Assembly (NCBI GenBank): GCA_944320495.1
Contig: CALUHR010000009.1
Coordinates: 64,001 to 128,000 of the forward strand
DNA from: Candidatus Methanomethylophilaceae archaeon
GTDB lineage: Archaea > Thermoplasmatota > Thermoplasmata > Methanomassiliicoccales > Methanomethylophilaceae
Direction of reading: 5' to 3'
DNA length: 64,000 bases
Made by a program: the position numbers and the translations under genes. Within the stretch, counting starts at the first letter, position 1. Every line of letters starts with the position of its first letter. The notes beneath the pieces were generated by a model. The model was not told where the DNA came from. It worked only from the letters and a program-made list of their open reading frames with translations, and made no database searches. Positions 1-8,407 of the stretch are shown piece after piece.

Positions 1-229
1 ATGCTCGTCCATAGTTATAACCCCGACCGATTCCCGCATGCCGGGCATCCTGGCGGACGTGACGTCGGTGCTGTACAAGCACGGCGTCTCCGTCAGGCAG
101 GCGATGGTGGACGACGGCGGCATGGACGGCTCCGCCGAACTCCAGGTGGTCGCCTACGGCAGGATCCCGCCCGAGGCCATCCCCGAGCTGAAATCCTGCC
201 GCGGCGTTAAGAGCGTTCTTATAAAGTGA
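1..229 (+). CDS. ACT-domain protein, 5' truncated by window edge
   Basis: Frame 2 open from the edge: ...IVITPTDSRMPGILADVTSVLYKHGVSVRQA...ELKSCRGVKSVLIK, an ACT-like beta-alpha-beta pattern. Stop TGA 227-229. Confidence 0.7.
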   Translation, partial: CSSIVITPTDSRMPGILADVTSVLYKHGVSVRQAMVDDGGMDGSAELQVVAYGRIPPEAIPELKSCRGVKSVLIK

Positions 230-1853
230 CCTTCAGGTCGAGGGTCTTGAGGACCTTCTTGGGACAGGCCTGCTCGCACCTGCGGCAGGCCGTCCCGGCG
301 CACCTGTCGGACTGGATCTCGGCCACGAAGGACGAGGCGCCCTCGGGCCTTATGGTCAGCGCCCTCTCGGGGCACTCGCGGACGCAGCTCTTGCATCCGA
401 TGCATCCCTCGACGACGCCGCTGAGGATGGTGCCGGACTTGATGATCCTGACCTTGCACTCCTCGGTGTCGGGGAGGTCGCGCTTGGCGAACCTCTCCAC
501 CTTCACTACGGAGGTGTCGGGCGCGACGGGGATGTGCTTCATGTTGTACATGTCGAGCATGTCGTTGTACATGGCCATCGGCATACTGGTGCACCAGAGG
601 GAGTACTCCACGGAGTAGAGGTTCTTGAAGAACTCCGAGGTGGCGAACATGACGTGGTCTGCCCTGAGCTGCTTCGCGAACTCGCGGAGGCTGTCGAGGT
701 CGACCTCGCCGAGGATGATCCTCCTGGCCAGGCCGATGGAGGTGTTCCCGAACTGGACGATGTGGGTGGCGCCAGGCGCGACCATTCCGACCTCCATGGC
801 CTTGCGGGCGTCTACATAGAGTCCGGACGCACCGGACATGTAGGCCTTCCTGACGTCCTCGATCCAGACGCCTGCGGCGTCCATGAGGGTGAGGAATCCG
901 GCGCGGAGCGCTCCGATCGCCTTCCCGGCCTCGTCGACGTCGTGGGAGCTGATGACGATGCCGTCCTGAAGGGTCAGGGTCCCGGTCTCGGTCATGATCT
1001 TGGGAGGCTGGACGATGCCGGTCTTCATCCCGTTGGCGAGGGCGGCGATGACGCCGGTCCCGGTGATGCCGATGGCCTTGCCGTGCATGGGCCCCTCCTC
1101 GATGACAGCTCCGGTGAGGGGGTCGATGAGGTCGCCCTCCACGGGCGCGAGGGTGTCGTCGAGGACGTAGCATCTCCATCCCCTGTCGGTGATGGCGATC
1201 TCGCTCAGCGCGCCGGGGGCGGCGAGCATCCCGCGCTCAATCTCCTGCCCCTCCAGGGCGGGACCGGCGGCCGCGGACCCGCTGTAGATTTTTCCGTTGA
1301 CGATGAGGGCCATCTCGGCGTTCGTGCCGTAGTCGACGATGATGCAGGGCTCCTTCTCCTCGAGGATGTCCGTCATCATCATCATGGCGATGGCGTCGGC
1401 GCCGATCTCGTGCCTGACCGCAGGGGGGATGATGACCTCCGCGTCCGGCATGCCGTGGATCCCGAGGGACTCGGCGGAGACGATGTCCCCGTTCCTCGGA
1501 GGGGAGACGACGCCCAGTTCGTCCAGCATGTTCTTGCCGGCGAAGGCTAGGTCGCGGATCTCGATGTTCTGGAACAGCGAGAGCTGGAAGGGGTTGCCGC
1601 AGACGCCGATCTTCTCGACCTTGGACAGGTCGATGTTCAGCTCCGCGAAGAGGTTGTTGATCGCTCCGATCATGAGTCCGTGGGCGACCTCCTGTCCCGC
1701 CTTCATGGCGAAGTTGACGTGGTCGATGACGTTCATGCCGGGTATGGGGTGGCGCTCGGTGATCGCCGTCGCCACGGTCTTCTTGGAATCCAGGTCGATG
1801 GCCTGGCAGCGGAATCCGCTGGTTCCGATGTCGAGTGCTATGCCGTATCTCAT
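219..1853 (-). CDS. ramA: Methylamine methyltransferase corrinoid protein reductive activase (RamA family) with C-terminal 2x[4Fe-4S] domain
   Basis: MRYGIALDIGTSGFRCQAIDL N-terminus (ASKHA fold), HPIPGMNVIDH, DYGTNAE, SAAAGPALEG; C-terminal CIGCKSC...CP and CAGTACRRCEQACP. ATGA overlap with pylD stop. Confidence 0.92.
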   Translation of the reverse strand: MRYGIALDIGTSGFRCQAIDLDSKKTVATAITERHPIPGMNVIDHVNFAMKAGQEVAHGLMIGAINNLFAELNIDLSKVEKIGVCGNPFQLSLFQNIEIRDLAFAGKNMLDELGVVSPPRNGDIVSAESLGIHGMPDAEVIIPPAVRHEIGADAIAMMMMTDILEEKEPCIIVDYGTNAEMALIVNGKIYSGSAAAGPALEGQEIERGMLAAPGALSEIAITDRGWRCYVLDDTLAPVEGDLIDPLTGAVIEEGPMHGKAIGITGTGVIAALANGMKTGIVQPPKIMTETGTLTLQDGIVISSHDVDEAGKAIGALRAGFLTLMDAAGVWIEDVRKAYMSGASGLYVDARKAMEVGMVAPGATHIVQFGNTSIGLARRIILGEVDLDSLREFAKQLRADHVMFATSEFFKNLYSVEYSLWCTSMPMAMYNDMLDMYNMKHIPVAPDTSVVKVERFAKRDLPDTEECKVRIIKSGTILSGVVEGCIGCKSCVRECPERALTIRPEGASSFVAEIQSDRCAGTACRRCEQACPKKVLKTLDLKVTL

Positions 1854-2671
1854 GCCCTCATCTCCTTCTTGATTGTGTAAGCCGCGCTGTTGACCGCCAT
1901 GACCGCGGCCCCTATCTCCAGCGGGTCGTGGATTATCGCCTTGCACCTGGTGCGCCCCTCCAGGTCGTAGTAGTGGGGGACGCCGGGGCTGGATATGATC
2001 GATCCCTGGGCGATGATCTCCCCGGGGATGATGTAGGGCGCGGCGTTGATCAGCAGCGTGTTGTCCGAGATGGCGTTCTCGACCCCCCTTATAGCCTTTG
2101 CGCCCAGAGGTATGAGGGCTTCGGCCTTCGAGTAGTCGATATCGGTGACCTGCACGTTCGCGCCCCAGTCCAGGAGGATGCGTGTCGCCCAGGACCCGAC
2201 CCTGCCGGCCCCGACGACGAGCACGTCCTTCCCCTCGACGCCGCCGGCCGCGTTCTTGAGGCACACGGAGTATCCCATGGCGGTGCCCCAGGAGTTGTCG
2301 GTGTACTTGCGCTCGGCGGTGTTGTAGGCGATGAACATGGGGTCGTCGGACATCATGATGATGTCGGCGCCGAGGTTCGTGGCCTCCGAGAACCCTGCGA
2401 CGTCGGTGCCCTGGGTCACGCATCCGCGCATCCCGAGCCTGGTGGTGATGGCGTTCACGGATTTGGCGAATCCGCCGATGATGCCGAGTCCGGAGGTGAT
2501 CGGGATCGCCGCCGCGAAGAACCTCGAGAAGTCGTAGTCGTCCATCTCCAGGCCGGCCGCCTCCATGGCGATCCCCTTGACGGTCTTGCCCGTCATCTTC
2601 ATCAGCCTGGTGTCGAGGTCCATCTTGTCGTCGGGGACCCCCCAGATCATGTCCTCTGTGAGCCTTGTCAT
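1850..2671 (-). CDS. pylD: Pyrrolysine synthase (3-methylornithyl-N6-lysine dehydrogenase)
   Basis: MTRLT start, IPITSGLGIIGGF, TDVAGF, Rossmann VLVVGAGRVG, HDPLEIG; lies directly after pylC. Confidence 0.93.
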   Translation of the reverse strand: MTRLTEDMIWGVPDDKMDLDTRLMKMTGKTVKGIAMEAAGLEMDDYDFSRFFAAAIPITSGLGIIGGFAKSVNAITTRLGMRGCVTQGTDVAGFSEATNLGADIIMMSDDPMFIAYNTAERKYTDNSWGTAMGYSVCLKNAAGGVEGKDVLVVGAGRVGSWATRILLDWGANVQVTDIDYSKAEALIPLGAKAIRGVENAISDNTLLINAAPYIIPGEIIAQGSIISSPGVPHYYDLEGRTRCKAIIHDPLEIGAAVMAVNSAAYTIKKEMRA

Positions 2672-2672
2672 C

Positions 2673-3839
2673 TCATACCTCCTTGGGTGAGGCGTCGCTG
2701 AGCGAATCCACCCCGCAAGCCTCCATTATCGCCCGCATCACCGACAGGCGGCGGTCTTCGGCCTCCTCGGGGGTCGCCCCGGAGACCATGAAAGTTCCGT
2801 GCCACTCCTCCGCCCCGGGGGAGTAGTCGCTTATCGAGTCGTCCGATCCGAACAGCCCGCTCTCCATCCTGGGCGAGCGGACGTGGGAGAACTCCTTCTC
2901 CCCGGTCGTCTCAAGGGCGCCGTCCTTGAAATGCAGATGCCAGTAGATCCCGGCGCCCCTGCTGCTCGAGACCCCGGTCCATTGCCCTAGCCTCGATTCG
3001 ACGAGCTGGCGCAGCAGGTTGATGCCGGTGGCGGTGAGTATCGCGGCCGGCGTCTGGCTGGGGATGCGAGCGTCGATCTCCAGGTACCTCAGGCCCTTCG
3101 GGGTCTGGATGGCCTCGACGTCCATGAGTCCCCTGAGGCCGAGCCTCTCGGCGGTCCTCTCGGAGCATCCCCTGAATCCCTCCTCGTCCTCCGGTGTGAG
3201 CATCCCGGGGAAGCAGCGGACCTCCTTGCAGTCGTAGCCGCCGTCGAGGACGACCTCTGTCACGATGTAGCTCCTGGCTGTGCGTCCGTCTCCGATGACC
3301 TCCATCGACAGGCTCCTGCCGTGGACGAACTCCTGGATCACGACCTCCTGTCCCATGGACTCGACCCTGCGGACGCCCGCCTCGAGCTCGGCGTCGTCGT
3401 GCGCGACGGACACTCCGAGGCTCCCGCTCAGGGAGGAGGGCTTGACGATGACCGGGAATCCGCACTCAGGCCATCTGCCGGGGAGCGGGACGCCCGCCGC
3501 CCGCATCAGCTCGTTGGATTCGAGCTTGGACTGGGAGACGTCGTAGGCGCGTATGTCGAAGAGGAACGGGATCCCAGCTTCGGAGAGGACGGCGTCCAGC
3601 CTCATGAGCAGGTCGTGCTCCTCGCAGGCCGGCAGGACGGCGTCGCAGGTGCGGAACACCCTCATTGCCCGGTCGGGATCGTTTAGCGGATTGAGGACAT
3701 GCGGCTCGTCGCAGATGGACAGCGCGGGGGCATCGCCCCTCCTGTCGATCACGACGGTCTCGTATCCGGCCTTGTGTGCGAGGAAGACGGCCTCCATGCC
3801 CTGGAGGGCGCCGCCGACTATGCAGAGCCTCGTCTCCAG
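2673..3839 (-). CDS. pylC: 3-methylornithine--L-lysine ligase (ATP-grasp)
   Basis: RLCIVGGALQGMEAVFLAHKAG, IVKPSSLSGS, QEFVHGRSLSMEV, LEIDARIPSQTP. Start uncertain: CTG at 3839 or 3851; the first ATG (3797) falls after the conserved GGxLQG motif. Confidence 0.9.
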   Translation of the reverse strand: METRLCIVGGALQGMEAVFLAHKAGYETVVIDRRGDAPALSICDEPHVLNPLNDPDRAMRVFRTCDAVLPACEEHDLLMRLDAVLSEAGIPFLFDIRAYDVSQSKLESNELMRAAGVPLPGRWPECGFPVIVKPSSLSGSLGVSVAHDDAELEAGVRRVESMGQEVVIQEFVHGRSLSMEVIGDGRTARSYIVTEVVLDGGYDCKEVRCFPGMLTPEDEEGFRGCSERTAERLGLRGLMDVEAIQTPKGLRYLEIDARIPSQTPAAILTATGINLLRQLVESRLGQWTGVSSSRGAGIYWHLHFKDGALETTGEKEFSHVRSPRMESGLFGSDDSISDYSPGAEEWHGTFMVSGATPEEAEDRRLSVMRAIMEACGVDSLSDASPKEV

Positions 3840-3847
3840 TCCCCCGA

Positions 3848-4669
3848 TCAGTCGAGCTTGCACCCGTTGAGGTAGGTGTTGCTCTTCCCGGTCTTCCTGA
3901 CGCTGCTCTTGCCGTTCTTGAGCATGAGGAGCCTCTCGAGCCCGAATCCCACGCCCGCCCACGGCTCGTGGACGTCGTGCGCCGGGTCGAGGATGTGGGG
4001 TCCGACGGCTCCGGAGGCGACCTCCGTGCCGTTCACCTCGACGTCGAGCGTCTCCACGTAGACGTCGGACTCCTCCCTGGACAGGGTGTAGTCGAGTCCA
4101 GCGGCCTCCATGACGATGGCGATATACTCCTTCAGGCACTCGGTCGGGTCCCCGTCGGGTCCCATGTCCACCAGGTTCATCATGGTGAACTCCTCGAGGT
4201 GCCTGTAGCTCTTGGATTCCTTCCTGAAGCACTGGCCGATCTCGAAGATCTTGACCGGGCCGTCGGTGTGGTCCCTGAGCCTGCGCATGACGACGTAGAG
4301 GTTGGGCGCCAGCATGGGCCTCAGCGCGCGCTTGTCGTCTATGAAGAAAACCTGCTTGTACAGGTCGTGCTCGGGGGTGATGGTCATCTTCGCAAGCTGC
4401 TGCGTGGAGATGATGGTGGGGGTGCGGACCTCGATGAATCCGTGGGCCACGAGGGCGTCCCTGATCCTGCACTCGAGCTCGGACAGGTCGTGCCTGGTGG
4501 GGGAGGCGATCATGTCGGCGATGGCCGCGTCGTTGGCCGCTTCGGTCTTCGACATGAGCTTGGCGAACTGCCTGTCGCGCTCCGCTGCATCCTGGAAGTC
4601 CAGATCGGAATAGTCGTCGTCGCCGTACTCCATCAGGTGCTGGATCTGGGGGTCCGTGAATCCTGTCAT
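3848..4669 (-). CDS. pylS: Pyrrolysyl-tRNA synthetase, delta-N (catalytic-domain-only) class
   Basis: GFIEVRTP, LRPMLAPNLY, KIFEIGQCFRKES, HLEEFTMMNLVDMG, GVGFGLERLL; about 273 aa, no N-terminal tRNA-binding domain; close to M. alvus-type PylRS as I recall it. Confidence 0.96.
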   Translation of the reverse strand: MTGFTDPQIQHLMEYGDDDYSDLDFQDAAERDRQFAKLMSKTEAANDAAIADMIASPTRHDLSELECRIRDALVAHGFIEVRTPTIISTQQLAKMTITPEHDLYKQVFFIDDKRALRPMLAPNLYVVMRRLRDHTDGPVKIFEIGQCFRKESKSYRHLEEFTMMNLVDMGPDGDPTECLKEYIAIVMEAAGLDYTLSREESDVYVETLDVEVNGTEVASGAVGPHILDPAHDVHEPWAGVGFGLERLLMLKNGKSSVRKTGKSNTYLNGCKLD

Positions 4670-4684
4670 TTGTAACACTGTCCA

Positions 4685-4755
4685 TGGCGAAAGGCCGGGG
4701 TGTCGATCCCCGCTGGCTAGGTTTTAGAGACCCGCTGGTCGCCGGACCGCCCTCC
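4685..4755 (-). tRNA. pylT: tRNA-Pyl, anticodon CUA
   Basis: GGAGGGC G GTC-CGGC-GAC CAGCGGGT CTCTAAA ACCTAGCC AG CGGGG-ATCGACA-CCCCG GCCTTTC G CCA; 71 nt, tiny D-arm, short variable loop, encoded CCA, 15 nt upstream of the pylS ATG. Confidence 0.96.
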
Positions 4756-4779
4756 TTGGGAGAAATGCCGTGCCAACCG

Positions 4780-4786
4780 TATTTAA
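4780..4786 (-). promoter_or_regulatory. Archaeal TATA box for pylT-pylSCD-ramA
   Basis: TTAAATA on the minus strand about 25 nt upstream of tRNA-Pyl position 1. Confidence 0.6.
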
Positions 4787-4948
4787 CGGTTCGCTAGACA
4801 CCGGCATACCCTGGATTGTCTCAATGGATTTAATAGCTTTCTCGGACCAGTGCGAGCTACACGGGTATGACCGAAGCCTCGTTATGAAGTAAAATTGATA
4901 TAGGATGGGTGAGGCCGAACACACGGCCAGCACCACTGATTGGAGCGG

Positions 4949-5314
4949 TCAGTCGAATTCGACGTCCTCGTTCTGGGTGACCGTGAACTTGATCCCCGCA
5001 TCGGTCATGAGGTTGCTGATGGTGTCGGCGAGGCGGTTCAGGTCCTGGGACTTGGAGTACGTCTTGAGGTAGAACTCGCTCCTGTCCATCGGGAACACGA
5101 GGCGGATCTTGCCCTTCCTGTTGTATCCCTCGGGCTTCCTGTTCTGCTCGAGATCCGACATGTTGAGGTCGATCAGCATCTGGAGGATCTCCTCCTCCTC
5201 GGGCATCTGGCCGATGTCGTCGAGCAGGAGTTTGAGAATGTCGGGGAACACCGGAGCCAGGTCCTTGTAGGGGGTCTTGCCTTTCAGCAGGAAGTTGACG
5301 CTGTAGACCTTCAT
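4949..5314 (-). CDS. Hypothetical protein (121 aa)
   Basis: Clean ATG-TGA ORF with host codon usage; no family recognised. Confidence 0.75.
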   Translation of the reverse strand: MKVYSVNFLLKGKTPYKDLAPVFPDILKLLLDDIGQMPEEEEILQMLIDLNMSDLEQNRKPEGYNRKGKIRLVFPMDRSEFYLKTYSKSQDLNRLADTISNLMTDAGIKFTVTQNEDVEFD

Positions 5315-5394
5315 CGGGCGACGAACCTAGGCCGCCGTATTTATCGTTGTTGGCCCGGAATCCCTATTATAGATTGGAACCCATGTCGCGACCC

Positions 5395-6678
5395 ATGAGG
5401 ACCGCACTCACGGTCGCGGGTTCGGATTCTATAGGCGGTGCCGGCATCCAGGCGGATGTCAGGGCAATGTCCGTCGTCGGAGTCCATGCTGCGACAGTCA
5501 TCACCGCCGTCACCGCGCAGAACACATGCGGGGTAGACGACATCCTCCCGCTGCCGGAGGAGTTCATCAAAGAGCAGCTGGAATCCGTCCTGAGGGACGC
5601 GGATGTGAAGGCGATCAAGACCGGTATGCTGTACAGCGCGGAGATCGTTGGGACGGTCGCCGATATCCTGGAGGATCATGAGGCCCCCCTGGTCGTGGAT
5701 CCGGTTATGGCCGCCAGCACCGGGAGGTCCCTCTCCGACGACGGCCTGGTCGAGGCCATGAGGAGGAAGCTCCTGCCCATATGCGAGCTCGTCACCCCGA
5801 ACAGGGCGGAGGCCGAGGCCCTCGCCAAGATGCAGATAAAGACCAAGGACGACGAGAGGCTCGCGGCCGAGCTGATCGGGAAGGGCGGTTCCGCCGTGCT
5901 CATGAAAGGCGGTCACTACAACGCCCCTACCGTCACGGACGTGCTCTACCTGTCGTCCGAGTTCACGAAGATCGAATACCCCCGCCTCAAGAAGGCCGGC
6001 CACGGCAGCGGGTGCGTCCTGTCGTCGTACATCACCGCGCACATGGCCAAGGGCATGGACATCGCCAACGCCGTGTTCCAGTCCAGGGAGATGATCCAGG
6101 AGGCCATCGCCACCCAGTACTCCGTCGGGAGGGGCGACCAGGTCGTCAACCCGATGGTCCAGAGAGGGGACAGCGAGGGATTCATGGTGCTGGACGCGCT
6201 CGATTCGGCCGCCTCCCGCATCCTCGACGTCGTCCCGGAGGAGCTCGTGCCCAAGGGCGGGATGAACATCGCTATGGCGATGAGGAAAGCCGCCGGGCCA
6301 GAGCAGATTGCCGCCATCGACAAGAGGATGACCGTCCGCAACGGTATGATCCGCAAGGGCGGGCCCGCCAAGTTCGGTGTGGCCGAGGGGCTGTCATATG
6401 TCCTCATGGGCGTCATGAAGAAGGATCCCGAGACCCGCTGCGTGATGAGCCTCGCCTATTCCGACGACATGATGGGCGTCATGGAGGAGGTCGGGCTCAG
6501 GGCGGTCACTGCCGACATGGTCAAGGACCGGATGATGGAGTCTGCCGAGAAGGCCGTCGCCAAGGTCAAGGGGATGCCCGACGCCATTGTGGACAAGGGC
6601 AACAAGAAGGAGCGCGTCGTGCGCCTCCTGGCCAGGGATACGGCGGACATGATGTCCAAGCTGGACCAGATTCTCTGA
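5395..6678 (+). CDS. thiD: HMP/HMP-P kinase fused to C-terminal ThiN-like domain
   Basis: MRTALTVAGSDSIGGAGIQAD, IKTGML, VVDPVM, VTPNRAE, HGSGC; C-terminal GMNIAMA...KFG...DPETRC ThiN-like. The ATG at 5383 is followed by an in-frame CGA at 5389, so start is placed at 5395. Confidence 0.92.
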   Translation: MRTALTVAGSDSIGGAGIQADVRAMSVVGVHAATVITAVTAQNTCGVDDILPLPEEFIKEQLESVLRDADVKAIKTGMLYSAEIVGTVADILEDHEAPLVVDPVMAASTGRSLSDDGLVEAMRRKLLPICELVTPNRAEAEALAKMQIKTKDDERLAAELIGKGGSAVLMKGGHYNAPTVTDVLYLSSEFTKIEYPRLKKAGHGSGCVLSSYITAHMAKGMDIANAVFQSREMIQEAIATQYSVGRGDQVVNPMVQRGDSEGFMVLDALDSAASRILDVVPEELVPKGGMNIAMAMRKAAGPEQIAAIDKRMTVRNGMIRKGGPAKFGVAEGLSYVLMGVMKKDPETRCVMSLAYSDDMMGVMEEVGLRAVTADMVKDRMMESAEKAVAKVKGMPDAIVDKGNKKERVVRLLARDTADMMSKLDQIL

Positions 6679-6682
6679 AACC

Positions 6683-6700
6683 GACGGCCTTCGGGCCGTC
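6683..6700 (+). terminator. GC hairpin with UUCG loop after thiD
   Basis: GACGGCC-TTCG-GGCCGTC, with a T-run at about 6712-6716, between convergent genes. Confidence 0.55.
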
Positions 6701-6753
6701 CCCATTATCACTTTTTAAAAGATGAACCCTGGGCAGTGCCCAGGGAAATGATT

Positions 6754-7653
6754 TCAAGCGTTGATTGAGACGATCTCGATCACGAAGTACAGGGTGACGT
6801 TGCACCTCTCGGCGCAGGTCTTGTACGAGAAGGTGCTTCCGTCGACATCGGTCACGTAGACGGTGTTCCCGTCCTCGTCGATGGCCTGGAGCATCTGGAT
6901 CCCGTCGCCGGCGGCGATGGTGTTCTCGAAGGAGATGACGACCTCGTAGTTACCCTCGGAGTCGAATCCGTTGACGGTGTAGAAGACGTCGCCGAAGGCA
7001 CTGTCCTCGTTGCCGATGTAGTCGTACTTGACGCCGGTGCTGGGCATGTTGGTGATGATGACGCTGTTGTCGGTGACGTCGTAGATCACGCTGGCCTGCC
7101 ATCCGTAGGCGCTGGTGAACGCGATGGCGGATCCCGCCTTGAGGTCGACGTCGGGGTACATGTCGTCGAAGGCCTCCTTGGTCATCGTCTGCGTGGCCGG
7201 GACGCTCAGGGTGGTCGAGACGCCGTTGTGCATGGAGTCGCTGGGTGCGACGTACCCGTCTCCGACGAGGATCTCGAGCTCGATCTTGTCTCCGACCTTG
7301 TGGCCGATGAGGGCATTCTCGAAAGCGGCGAGGTAGTCCCCATCTCCGACCGTGACGTCTATGGGCTTGAAGGAGCTGGACGAGTATTCGTTCGACTTGA
7401 CGTAGCCGTCGTTGTCATCCACACCGGAGAGGCTGGTGTCGAAGACGACGGATCCGTCCTCGGTGTAGTAGCCGTAGTAGCTGCCTGTGTAGTTCACCTC
7501 GACGGTGTCTCCGTACGCGACCTTCGTGTCATCCGACTGGATGTAATGTTCGTCAACGTAGACGCCAAGGACGCCCACGCATGCCACGACGAAAACGACG
7601 AAGCAGACCGAGAAAATCGGGTCTCTCTTCTTCTTTATGCCTTCGCCTGTCAT
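6754..7653 (-). CDS. Membrane-anchored FKBP-type peptidyl-prolyl isomerase
   Basis: Basic KKKR then hydrophobic FSVCFVVFVVACVGVLGVYV; GDTVEVNYTG..VVFDTS, VGDGDYLAAFENALIGHKVG, LYFVIEIVSI FKBP motifs around a long insert. Confidence 0.8.
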   Translation of the reverse strand: MTGEGIKKKRDPIFSVCFVVFVVACVGVLGVYVDEHYIQSDDTKVAYGDTVEVNYTGSYYGYYTEDGSVVFDTSLSGVDDNDGYVKSNEYSSSSFKPIDVTVGDGDYLAAFENALIGHKVGDKIELEILVGDGYVAPSDSMHNGVSTTLSVPATQTMTKEAFDDMYPDVDLKAGSAIAFTSAYGWQASVIYDVTDNSVIITNMPSTGVKYDYIGNEDSAFGDVFYTVNGFDSEGNYEVVISFENTIAAGDGIQMLQAIDEDGNTVYVTDVDGSTFSYKTCAERCNVTLYFVIEIVSINA

Positions 7654-7737
7654 CTGATATCGGAAGGCACCGATACCCTTGTTATAGATAAAGGGTTCGT
7701 AGAGGCGTTCAGCATCGGGGATGATGTGCCAGAGCCT

Positions 7738-8325
7738 TCATCTGACCCTGAAGTTGACGCCCCATCCGCGGGCCATCTCCCAGCATCTCTCCTCGGACTC
7801 GGGAGGGATCGTGCCTCCGACGACGGAGACCGTGACGTCGTCTAGGCAGCGGCTGATCTCCTCGATGAACTCCAGGATCGCCGGGTACGAGCGGTCCCCG
7901 AAGGCCGGGCGGCAGAGCTCCTCGTACTCCTCGGCCGAGGAGGCGTTGAGACTCACCGAGACCGCGTCCAGGACATGTGCCAGATCAGGGACGATGTCTC
8001 TTCCGTTGATGAGGCTCCCGAGCCCGTTGGTGTCCAGGCGGACCCTGGCCCCGACCTCCGACCTTATGCGGCGCGCTATGGTCAGGAGGTCGTCCAGGCG
8101 CTCCGTGGGCTCCCCGTATCCGCAGAACACGATCTCCCTGGCGTCGCTCGCCCTCTCGATTATCTCGGACACGACCTCGTCGGAGGTCGGCTCACGGTCG
8201 AGCCAGAGGTCGTCCGCGTCCCCCAGACGGCGGGTGGCGTTCCTGACGCAGAACGTGCAGGCGCACGGGCATCTGTTGGTCATGTTGATGTACCAGGTGG
8301 ACCCGTAGCGGTAGAGGATGCTCAT
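7738..8325 (-). CDS. TatD-associated radical SAM protein
   Basis: YINMTNRCPCACTFCVRN (CxxxCxxC), EIVFCGYGEP, VRLDTNG, DAVSVSLNA. Confidence 0.88.
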   Translation of the reverse strand: MSILYRYGSTWYINMTNRCPCACTFCVRNATRRLGDADDLWLDREPTSDEVVSEIIERASDAREIVFCGYGEPTERLDDLLTIARRIRSEVGARVRLDTNGLGSLINGRDIVPDLAHVLDAVSVSLNASSAEEYEELCRPAFGDRSYPAILEFIEEISRCLDDVTVSVVGGTIPPESEERCWEMARGWGVNFRVR

Positions 8326-8407
8326 CGTCCCGTACTTCGACGGCATCCATGATAAACCTGTTCGATCAACGGGAAACGCCGTATACTGGAGCGCCGTTCC
8401 CCTGTTC

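Noticed and set aside
219-2423. 734-aa ORF extending RamA upstream
   Set aside because: Shadow frame of pylD; RamA begins at ATG 1853 (ATGA overlap).
2673-4685. 670-aa ORF suggesting a long N-terminal extension of PylC across pylS
   Set aside because: The upstream part is an off-frame shadow of pylS and has an in-frame CGA at 3854-3852; only the part from about 3851 is PylC.
7738-8325. Radical SAM gene as the missing pylB
   Set aside because: Short TatD-associated type (YINMTNRC, FCGYGEP); lacks the BioB-like length and features of PylB.
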